Positions 48,366 through 56,617 of a stretch of 64,000 bases of DNA are shown piece after piece. Positions within the stretch are counted from its first letter, which is position 1. Each line of letters starts with the position of its first letter. Source of the stretch: Pseudomonas sp. (lineage in GTDB: Bacteria; Pseudomonadota; Gammaproteobacteria; Pseudomonadales; Pseudomonadaceae); the NCBI RefSeq assembly GCF_050739655.1, contig NZ_JBOIBY010000175.1:1666-65665 (forward strand), written 5' to 3'. Both the position numbers and the translations under genes were made by a program. The notes below the pieces were generated by a model that made no database searches, was not told the origin of the DNA, and saw nothing but the letters and a program-made list of their open reading frames with translations.

Positions 48366-49184
48366 ATGAAAGACTCCAAATTACGGGAAGCTTTTACTAG
48401 TGAAGCGCTGTTTACCAAGGAGCTGCTAGGTTATGGCGCAACGCAGATTCGCCGAGCCAACTACGCGACCCAAGGATTATATTTCCAATCGTTCAACAAC
48501 TTAAGCATCGGACTTGAACGCATCGGAAAAATCTGCTTGATACTGGATTTCTTTGTAAGAACTAAAGGGACATTCCCCACGGATGAATACTTACGAAAAA
48601 CCATCGGTCACGACCTAATAAAAATATACGAAAAATCGCAGGAAATTATTAAAGAAAGAACGTTCGAACTCAAATCAGGCTCTACATTCTCCAACCCCAT
48701 TCATTACAACATCATGAAAGTTCTTTCCGATTTTGCGAATGGGCAACGCTATTCCAACATCAATTTACTCTTAGGAAATAAACAGCAATCCGGCCCTATA
48801 GCCACATGGTACAAAAAAGTTGATGTACCAATTTTTAAAAACGAAGTATCACAAAGAAAAAAATCGCAGATACGCTTAGATGCGAAGGAAATGGAACGAG
48901 AATTGGGTTCGTTTTCAGCTGTTCACTACATCTCAGAGGACGGTAGCATTATCAATACATTGGAGGACGCCAGTTACCGCACAGGCGCTTTTGAAGCAGT
49001 GGCACCGAAGCGCCAGCTCTACGTACTGCAAATTATCCGATACTGGGTCGAATTACTTTTAAGCCTCGAGCTTTTGAGCATGGAAATTGACCAGCGGCTA
49101 ACGCCGGATTTTGATGAAATATTTGGTGGACTCAGAAACGACGACGCATATATGAAAACTAGAAAGACTTGGGATAAAGATTGA
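48366..49184 (+). CDS. Low-GC accessory (moron) protein, HEPN-like
   Basis: 272 aa, visibly AT-rich; LSIGLERIGK and GHDLIKIY motifs. Confidence 0.7.
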   Translation: MKDSKLREAFTSEALFTKELLGYGATQIRRANYATQGLYFQSFNNLSIGLERIGKICLILDFFVRTKGTFPTDEYLRKTIGHDLIKIYEKSQEIIKERTFELKSGSTFSNPIHYNIMKVLSDFANGQRYSNINLLLGNKQQSGPIATWYKKVDVPIFKNEVSQRKKSQIRLDAKEMERELGSFSAVHYISEDGSIINTLEDASYRTGAFEAVAPKRQLYVLQIIRYWVELLLSLELLSMEIDQRLTPDFDEIFGGLRNDDAYMKTRKTWDKD

Positions 49185-49263
49185 CATGATGTCAGCGGCT
49201 CAATAGTCGGACTGCTCGGAATCAATACCGCTAACACCGAGCATAGACTTGAACAATGGTGGA

Positions 49264-50499
49264 CTATTTTTCCGCTTTGCCCAGGTTTACCGTAATCACA
49301 TTCTTGTTAAGCCAAGTGGCCCAGCGCTGAAGTCCTTTCTTTTTTTCATCAAAATAAGAATATCTATCATAGTGCTTAGACGAAACGTCATTGAAAGCAT
49401 GCCCTTGAATGCGATCGCGCAGTTCCTTGTCCATTTTGGCCATTCCCATCAGAGTCTTACAGGTCCGACGAATGTCTCGCAGCGTAAAAGGTCCATTGAA
49501 TTTCTTGGTATGTCGGCCGTAAAGCTTCGTCACAGCGCGAGACAGCGACTGGGTGTGAAGGGATTTGCCGTCCGCTTTGCCCATAAAAGGGTAAGCGCTC
49601 GAATCACTGACCTCATCCATCACTTTGAGGCTTTGGCGCATCACCTTATTGAACGGCACAACGTGCAAAGACCGCTCCCCTTCAATACCCTTGCCCCCGC
49701 TTTTTCCCTTCTTGTTACGGATTATCAAATGATCGTCTAGGTATTGGCGCCGCTCGGTTGCGAGAACCTGCTCGGGACGCTGGCCGCCGGAGGCAATGAG
49801 AAATTTTAGTAACTCGGATGTCACCAGACTCAAATGCTCAGGTAGTAGCTGCCAAAGTGTCGCCAGTTCCTCCGTTGAGAGAGCCCGATCACCAGGTTGT
49901 TCCCAATCGTCCTGGACCGGCACACTGGCCACCGGGTTACTGATCAGGCCGAACCTCACTTGAACGGCCAGGTAACTGCGGGGGTTGTACTCCTGCTCCA
50001 GCCCTACCTGAAACGCTGCATGAAGCTGAGAACGGACGCGATTGCAATAAGTTGTGATGCCGGCATCTATCATTTTCACAATGATGTTGCGGATCTGGAC
50101 CGGGCCGATGAGCGACGCGGGTTTTCTGACCAGATCGGGGAAAGGGTCACTTACGTAATGCTTGAGCGACCACTTAACATCACCAGCTGACGCAGCTTCC
50201 TCGGTCTCGAGCTTCTTCACATACAGATCAAGCAGGTCCTGAAATGTACCAGGTGAAGCTTGCACCCCCTTTTCCTCACGACACTTGTCCCGGGCGATCG
50301 TGAGTTTCATCTCCGGCCATGTACCAAGCTTGGCCATCTTCTTTTTGCCAGCGACATGCCGCTGGAAATAGAACTCCTTCGTCCCGCTGGGACGGACCTT
50401 CAGCACCAGCACCCCTTCGCCTTTGGCCGTGCGGCCGTCCGACATGACGTAATCCCGTTCGCGAGGCTTCAACGCTTGAATCTGCTTTTCCGTGAGCAT
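49264..50499 (-). CDS. int: Tyrosine integrase with N-terminal arm-binding domain
   Basis: MLTEKQIQALKP arm-binding N-terminus; catalytic SGGQR, RDIRRT, QGH, HYD; adjacent to attR. Confidence 0.92.
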   Translation of the reverse strand: MLTEKQIQALKPRERDYVMSDGRTAKGEGVLVLKVRPSGTKEFYFQRHVAGKKKMAKLGTWPEMKLTIARDKCREEKGVQASPGTFQDLLDLYVKKLETEEAASAGDVKWSLKHYVSDPFPDLVRKPASLIGPVQIRNIIVKMIDAGITTYCNRVRSQLHAAFQVGLEQEYNPRSYLAVQVRFGLISNPVASVPVQDDWEQPGDRALSTEELATLWQLLPEHLSLVTSELLKFLIASGGQRPEQVLATERRQYLDDHLIIRNKKGKSGGKGIEGERSLHVVPFNKVMRQSLKVMDEVSDSSAYPFMGKADGKSLHTQSLSRAVTKLYGRHTKKFNGPFTLRDIRRTCKTLMGMAKMDKELRDRIQGHAFNDVSSKHYDRYSYFDEKKKGLQRWATWLNKNVITVNLGKAEK

Positions 50500-50522
50500 T
50501 GGTGACAGTTCCTGGTGACAGT
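50499..50522 (+). promoter_or_regulatory. Putative integrase arm-type binding sites (right)
   Basis: TTGGTGACAGTTCCTGGTGACAGT, abutting the integrase start codon. Confidence 0.7.
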
Positions 50523-50649
50523 CGGCCCGATCTAAGGTGATACCGCTTGAAACAACACGATTGAACACCACCCTCTGAGGGCCGCGATTCTACTGGGCTA
50601 CAGACTGAAATTGATATCCCCTGTGACGCCATGAGATTGCACTAGTAAA

Positions 50650-50696
50650 AGCTTCCCAAGCTGATAACGAGGGTTCGATTCCCTTCACCCGCTCCA
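50650..50696 (+). repeat. attR core (duplicated 3' end of tRNA-Gly)
   Basis: 47-bp identity with 13616-13662. Confidence 0.95.
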
Positions 50697-50932
50697 TATC
50701 TCCTTTCCATGGTTGTCTGTACAAATCCATGGAACGCAATTAGGTCACTGAGCTGAAACGGATTTTTTCCGAGCCCTCATTCCAGTGACATCCAGCGCAA
50801 TCCACTGACAACTGGCCTTTTCTGGTACATAAAGTGGACCATAGATCCGGGTATTTCCGCTTTCGCATTGTTGCTGGTGGAGCTATTCCCCGGGGATAAC
50901 CATCGCATCCAACCTAATTCCGAGGGTTGGAC

Positions 50933-51545
50933 ATGCTCACCGATTTCAAAGTCCGCCAGGCTAAAGCCACTGGCAAAAACTACATGCTCAGCTATTCCGA
51001 CGACCTGTCTCTGTTCGTTTCTCAGGGCGGCTCGAAGCTCTGGCACTTTCGCTATTCATGGTTGGGAGAACGCGCTCGCATTTCCTTGGGCAGCTATCCC
51101 GAGCTGTTGTTGAAAGACGCTCGTGAACTGCGCGATCAGGCCCGGACGATGGTCGTCAAACACATCAATCCCCGCATCGAACGCAAACAGAAACTCAATG
51201 CCATCAAGATGGCAGGTGAGAACACATTCATTGCTGTCTACGAGAAATGGCTGGACCACAGAGGTTTGACTCCAGAAGAGGGGCGCCAGACTTCGCTCTC
51301 GATCATCCCTAGAGTTTTCAAAAAAGACGTTTTTCCGCTACTCAAGCGACTGACCATTTACGAGGTCACTCGGCCTATGCTGCGGGAAGTCATGGCCGTG
51401 TCGAAAAACGCGGAGCGTTGTCCGTCGCCGAAAAACTGCGCTCCTGGCTAAAGCAGTTGTTCGACTATGCCATGGTCATGATTGACGGAATGCAGAGTCA
51501 CCCAGCTACTGACCTGAACGTTGTCGCGGTGCCGCCACCTTTTCA
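50933..51545 (+). pseudogene. P4-type tyrosine integrase remnant (frameshifted and truncated)
   Basis: MLTDFKVRQAK...GSKLWHFRY...ISLGSYPE arm-binding domain; frame change near 51400 into SVAEKLRSWLKQLFDYA; no catalytic domain follows. Confidence 0.85.
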
Positions 51546-52185
51546 GTGGGTCCGACATTCAATCGATGGTTCCAACCAGATAGCGGACGCTATCGGAAAG
51601 CGAGTCGGCTCATACACTTCGCAAGATCACGAAGGCTTTGCTAAAAGGAATGAATCGGGTCGTGCAGCCGGGTTGGAAACAAGAAGTCCTCACTTCTAAG
51701 GTGGGCCCGATGCATCCAAGGTGCCCGGCGATCCGTGGTGATGTCCCTGGCGAGCCCACTTCTCGGCTTAAGTACACCGCCGCAAGCTGCCGGACTACAG
51801 CCAACCAAAGTACACCAGGTCAGTAAGGCCGAAGCTGGGCTTCCCGATCGCTGAGCCGAGCCATGGCGCGGGAGGCGGACAGCGCGCCAAGGGCGACGAC
51901 GAATTTGAGCGGGAACTTAGGGAAAGCCTTTTTTGGAGTTGTGCATTTTTTATAGCGCTACTGAAACGATTCATCAAGCTTAAAAAAGCTTACGCCCGTG
52001 CCTTCCCAAGCCAATTAAATTTGACCTTATGCAACCTCCGCATGCTTACGTTAGTCTCATAAGGTTTAAACCTCCGGCAGATTGACGGCGATATCATGAT
52101 GACATTAAGGTCGCCCGCTAAATGCAGGAGCAAGCACAGACAGATTTGTCTGTCATTTTTGCGCAACGGATCGTATGGAGTTTGA

Positions 52186-53535
52186 ATGCGCGGGGCACTA
52201 TTACGCAGCGGTAAGAGCGGGTCATTCACTGCCCTCGGCGAAACAGGTCAACCGGTCTACCGGGCAGCCCTGCAATTGCGCGAAGCCATTCGCCGCAAGA
52301 ACCCCGATTTGGTCGATCATCTGGCCATCCCTCAAAGCGATGAACTCGGCAACCAGATCGATTGGTACAGCGCCCTCGACGGCGATGTAATTCCGTGGAG
52401 CAGCGCGACCGAAGAGGAACGCGTCCCTGCCCGCCGCCAACTTGAAGCTCTCAAGACCGCGCTCGAGGAATTGAGCCAGCGTTTCCTGGGCACTGATTCC
52501 GGCGAACAGCAGCAAGGCGACAAAGCCGTGTTTGGCAAGTTGCTCAAGCGCGTCATTCATATCCCCGACGAAAACTTCGTCTACCTGGTCCAAGGCAAAC
52601 CGGTGCTGACCTTTTGGGGTTTCGAGCACGCCGGCAGCGACCTCAATCGTGATCCCCTGCACTGCCTCTATCAGGTTGCGCCGCAGCCACCTGTGGTCGA
52701 AGCGCCTGTTGTTGCGCCCGTCGTGCCGGTGGTGGCTCGTCCGTGGTGGCGCCGCTGGTGGTGGCTGTTGCTGCTGCCGCTCCTGCTGCTGCTTTTGTGG
52801 CTGTTGCTCGGCCTGCGAGGGTGCGTCCCTATTCCGATGGTGGCGGTAGACCTGCTGCCCAAGGGCGTCGTGCCGGTGGAAAAACAGCTGGAAGAGCCGC
52901 CACTGACCGGCAATGTCACGACGCTCAATGGCGTCCCCGTGACCGGCACCGTCGTAGGCGCCACCAACGGCACCGGCACCGCCGTGACCGGAACACAGGG
53001 TGTGGAAACGCCGGCCGTCGAGGGTAACGAGGGTAACGAGGCTGACGCAGCACCCGCCGACTTGACCAAAGACCCAGCCAAAGACCCGGCAGCCGAAAAC
53101 AAAACCGCGCCGCCGGATGTCACATCGCCCGAAGCAGAAAAATCCGCCACCAAAAAAACAGGCCCTCCCCTCAGCATCCCGCCAGACGCCGCTGACGGTG
53201 CCGCCAAGTTTCTCGATGGTCAGTACAGTGCAGGCGCCGGGATACAGGACCGCCGAACCGGCAAACCGCTGCGTCTGGAATACCAGCTCAAGGACGGTAA
53301 GGGTCAAGTCACCGTACACCAGGCCGACGGCTCGATATGCAGCGGTCCGGTGAGCGCTACTATGAAGGGTGGCAGCCTGGCCATCGACAGCCAGGGCCAG
53401 GCCGTGTGCGGCGATGGCAGCACTTACGACATGCCCAAGATCAACTGCCGCCCAGGGGCGACCACGGTCGCGGACTGCACCGGCGGTTACGGAAAAGATC
53501 AATTTCCCATGTCCATGCGGCAAGTGGCCGAATAA
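52186..53535 (+). CDS. srfA: SrfA-family membrane protein
   Basis: MRGALLRSG, ALGETGQPVY, IDWY, GKPVLTFWGF; Pro-rich linker, TM WWWLLLLPLLLLLLWLLL, Cys-containing C-terminal domain. Confidence 0.85.
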   Translation: MRGALLRSGKSGSFTALGETGQPVYRAALQLREAIRRKNPDLVDHLAIPQSDELGNQIDWYSALDGDVIPWSSATEEERVPARRQLEALKTALEELSQRFLGTDSGEQQQGDKAVFGKLLKRVIHIPDENFVYLVQGKPVLTFWGFEHAGSDLNRDPLHCLYQVAPQPPVVEAPVVAPVVPVVARPWWRRWWWLLLLPLLLLLLWLLLGLRGCVPIPMVAVDLLPKGVVPVEKQLEEPPLTGNVTTLNGVPVTGTVVGATNGTGTAVTGTQGVETPAVEGNEGNEADAAPADLTKDPAKDPAAENKTAPPDVTSPEAEKSATKKTGPPLSIPPDAADGAAKFLDGQYSAGAGIQDRRTGKPLRLEYQLKDGKGQVTVHQADGSICSGPVSATMKGGSLAIDSQGQAVCGDGSTYDMPKINCRPGATTVADCTGGYGKDQFPMSMRQVAE

Positions 53536-53551
53536 AACGGAATAACCTGAC

Positions 53552-56500
53552 ATGTTGCCTGAAGTCACTCAATTCGAAGACACCGTCACGCTGGTCAGCG
53601 ACACCGGCATCCAGTTCATGGATTTCGCCCTGCGCCTGGATCCCCGCAAGGAACCGGCGGGCGAATTCGCGCCGATGATCAGCGGGCTGATCTGCCGCCT
53701 GGCGTATAACGAAGAGAAAGACTTCTTTTTCTACGAGCCCGAACCGGAAAAGGTCGAAAAAGCCAAACCTGCGTTCAGCGTCGACATGAAAAGCAGCCTC
53801 GATTTGCTCGACGGTATCTGGCTGCCGACCCCGTTTTTCCGCTTCATGCCGCCGCATCGCTTCGACGAAGGCCCGACCAACTGGTCGCGCATGCGTCTGG
53901 TGAAACTGGCGACTCCCGACATCGACGGCAACACCCACCGCCTGACGATGGCGTTCGACAGCCGTGTGATGCCCAAGCGTGACGGCACTGCTTATCTGGC
54001 GCCAAACGAAGAAGACATCAGCTCCGGCGTGTCCTTCAAACTGGCGACCAAGGCCAGCGAAACCCGCTGGTTCCTAGCGCAGCCATGGGTCAACGAGTGG
54101 CTGCTCGAAGTGTTCAACGAGGGCAATGCCCACCGTTCGCGCGCAGAGCTGGACATCGATATCCGCGCCAACTATCACTTGGCGCACTACCTCAACTTGC
54201 TCAGCCTGTTGAGCAAACCGTCGGCGGCCCAGCAATCGAAAGCCCGGGCGAAAGTTGAAATCCCGGAGCTGAAAGTGGTCGCCAACGACAGCAATGGCCT
54301 GGTCAAGCCGATTCCGGTGGACCTGGTGCTGGACGTCGGCAACTCGCGCACCTGCGGCATCCTGATCGAAAACCACGGTCAGGCCGGCTCCGGGCTGAAA
54401 CAGAACTACGTGCTGGAACTGCGTGACCTGATCACCCCCGAACACACCTACAACCTGCCGTTCGAAAGCCGCGTGGAATTCGCCCAGGCGTACTTTGGCA
54501 AGGACCACTGCTCGGTCAAGAGCGGCCGTCACGATGCGTTCCAGTGGGCGACGATTGCCCGTGTCGGCAATGAGGCCAGCCGTCTGGCCAGCCGTCGCCG
54601 CGGCACCGAAGGCTCCACTGGCCTGTCCAGCCCGAAACGCTATCTGTGGGACGAAAACGCCTATGGCCATGGCTGGCGTTTCAACTGCTCGTACATCAAG
54701 ACCGATAACGAACCATACGCCACCGCCGCGCCGTTCTCGCACCTGATCAACGAAACCGGCGAGGCGCTCTACAGCCTCGAAGAAGACGATCGTCTGCCGG
54801 TGTTCATGCCGCGTTATTCGCGCAGCTCGCTAATGACCTTCATGCTCGCCGAGGTGCTGGCCCAGGCGCTGTCGCAAATCAACAGCCCGGCCCAGCGTTC
54901 ACGCCAGGGTCACACCCGCGTGCCGCGCCAGCTCAACAGCATCACCCTGACCGTGCCGCCAGGCATGCCCCAGGCCGAGCGCAGCATCCTCAACGAACGC
55001 ATGCTGCAAGCCATCGGCCTGGTGTGGAAAAGCCTCGGCTGGCATGCCGGCGAGGAAGACCCGCATCAGGATCAGGCCGTCAGCCCGCGCACGCCGATCC
55101 CGAGTATCCGCGTGGAATGGGACGAAGCGTCCTGCGGCCAGTTGGTGTACCTGTATACCGAGGTCAACGAGAATTTCGCCGGCCATCCGGAAGAGTTTTT
55201 TGACACCATCGCCCGGCCGGACAAGACCGACCGCCAACGCATCACCCTCGCGACCATCGACATCGGCGGCGGCACCACGGACCTTGTGATCACCGACTAT
55301 CGCCTCGACCGCGCGGGTAATACCGGCAGCGGCAGCAACGTGCACATCGTGCCCGAACAGCGTTTTCGCGATGGTTTCAAAGTGGCCGGCGACGACATCC
55401 TGCTGGACGTGATTCAGGACTTCATCCTGCCGAGTTTCGAAAAAGCCCTGCAGAACGCCGGCGTGAAAGCCCCGGATTCGCTGATGTCACGGTTGTGTGG
55501 CGATGAATCGGTCAGCGCCCAGGACATGATCCTGCGTCAACAATTGAACCTCCAGGTGTTCGCCCCGCTGGGCCTGGCGCTGCTCAAGGCGTACGAGCAT
55601 TACGATCCGCAGGTCCCGCAAGAAGTCACCCCGCAAAGTTACCGCCAATTGCTCGGTGACAACGGGATCAGCCAGACCGTGCTCGACTACGTCAACGCCG
55701 CCGTGCGTCGCGATGTCGGCGGTCAGAGCGGTTTCGACCTGTATGCCGCTCCGATCAGCTTCGACCTGCAAAAGCTCCACGCCGCGTTCCTCAACGACCA
55801 GATCAACATCACCAAGATCCTTGGTGCGCTGTGTGAAGTGGTCGCGCATTATCCGTGCGATGTCTTGTTGCTGACCGGCCGCCCTTCGCGCCTGCCCGGC
55901 ATCCAGGCGTTCATTCGCAAGGTGTTGCCGCTGCCACCGGGACGTATCCTGGCGCTGCAAAACTACCGCACCGGCGGCTGGTATCCCTTCCACAAGAACG
56001 GCCGGATCGACGACCCGAAAAGCACCGCGTCGGTCGGCGCCATGCTCTGCCTGTTGTGCGCCAACCACAGCGTGCCGAACTTCTACTTCCGTGCTTCGGC
56101 ACTCAAACCGTATTCGACGGTCAAGCATATTGGTGTCATCGACCTGAACAACGTGATCAAGGATGCCGACGTGCTGTACCGCGACATCCAGTCCGAAGAC
56201 TACAAAATCAAGCTGCCGGAAATTGGCGTCGGCGATGCCGCCGACACGCCACAACTGGAAATGCGCGGCGATCTGCGCCTCGGTTTCCGCCAATTGGCCG
56301 CCGACCGCTGGGCCGCCTCACCGCTGTACACCTTGCGGTTCACCAAGGCGGGGCGGGAGAAGTTTTCCCGGGCGATCGGTGAAAACGGCGCCGCGCCGTT
56401 GCTCAAGGTGCGGTTTGAGGTCAAACCGGCAGACAAATACACGCGTAAGCAGGATCTGGTCAGCGACCGCCTCTCTGTCCGCGACATCGAATCTAACTGC

Positions 56501-56617
56501 AACAACGTCAACTTCAACCCGCGCAGCGACCTCGAGTTGGAACTCAACACCATGCTCGACGCCGGCCTGAGCGAGAGCAAGTACTGGCTCGACAGTGGGA
56601 GCGTGAAACGTAAATGA
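53552..56617 (+). CDS. srfB: SrfB-family protein with Hsp70/actin-fold ATPase motifs
   Basis: SDTGIQFMDF, GPTNWSR, DVGNSRTCG, SSPKRYLWD, DIGGGTTDL, TGRPS, C-terminal YWLDSG. Confidence 0.9.
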   Translation: MLPEVTQFEDTVTLVSDTGIQFMDFALRLDPRKEPAGEFAPMISGLICRLAYNEEKDFFFYEPEPEKVEKAKPAFSVDMKSSLDLLDGIWLPTPFFRFMPPHRFDEGPTNWSRMRLVKLATPDIDGNTHRLTMAFDSRVMPKRDGTAYLAPNEEDISSGVSFKLATKASETRWFLAQPWVNEWLLEVFNEGNAHRSRAELDIDIRANYHLAHYLNLLSLLSKPSAAQQSKARAKVEIPELKVVANDSNGLVKPIPVDLVLDVGNSRTCGILIENHGQAGSGLKQNYVLELRDLITPEHTYNLPFESRVEFAQAYFGKDHCSVKSGRHDAFQWATIARVGNEASRLASRRRGTEGSTGLSSPKRYLWDENAYGHGWRFNCSYIKTDNEPYATAAPFSHLINETGEALYSLEEDDRLPVFMPRYSRSSLMTFMLAEVLAQALSQINSPAQRSRQGHTRVPRQLNSITLTVPPGMPQAERSILNERMLQAIGLVWKSLGWHAGEEDPHQDQAVSPRTPIPSIRVEWDEASCGQLVYLYTEVNENFAGHPEEFFDTIARPDKTDRQRITLATIDIGGGTTDLVITDYRLDRAGNTGSGSNVHIVPEQRFRDGFKVAGDDILLDVIQDFILPSFEKALQNAGVKAPDSLMSRLCGDESVSAQDMILRQQLNLQVFAPLGLALLKAYEHYDPQVPQEVTPQSYRQLLGDNGISQTVLDYVNAAVRRDVGGQSGFDLYAAPISFDLQKLHAAFLNDQINITKILGALCEVVAHYPCDVLLLTGRPSRLPGIQAFIRKVLPLPPGRILALQNYRTGGWYPFHKNGRIDDPKSTASVGAMLCLLCANHSVPNFYFRASALKPYSTVKHIGVIDLNNVIKDADVLYRDIQSEDYKIKLPEIGVGDAADTPQLEMRGDLRLGFRQLAADRWAASPLYTLRFTKAGREKFSRAIGENGAAPLLKVRFEVKPADKYTRKQDLVSDRLSVRDIESNCNNVNFNPRSDLELELNTMLDAGLSESKYWLDSGSVKRK

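Larger units (their letters stand above)
13616..50696. mobile_element. P2/phiCTX-like (Peduoviridae-type) prophage, ~37 kb, apparently intact
   Basis: 47-bp direct repeats at both ends, tyrosine integrase at the right end, P2 gene order Q-P-O-N-M-L-X-lysis-R-S-V-W-J-I-H-FI-FII-E-T-U-D, ogr, cos. Confidence 0.95.

Noticed and set aside
50650..50696. Second tRNA-Gly gene
   Set aside because: Only the 3' 47 nt are present, with no acceptor 5' strand or D-arm; it is attR
51546..52000. Small ORFs after the integrase remnant
   Set aside because: No motifs or convincing RBS; probably decayed island sequence
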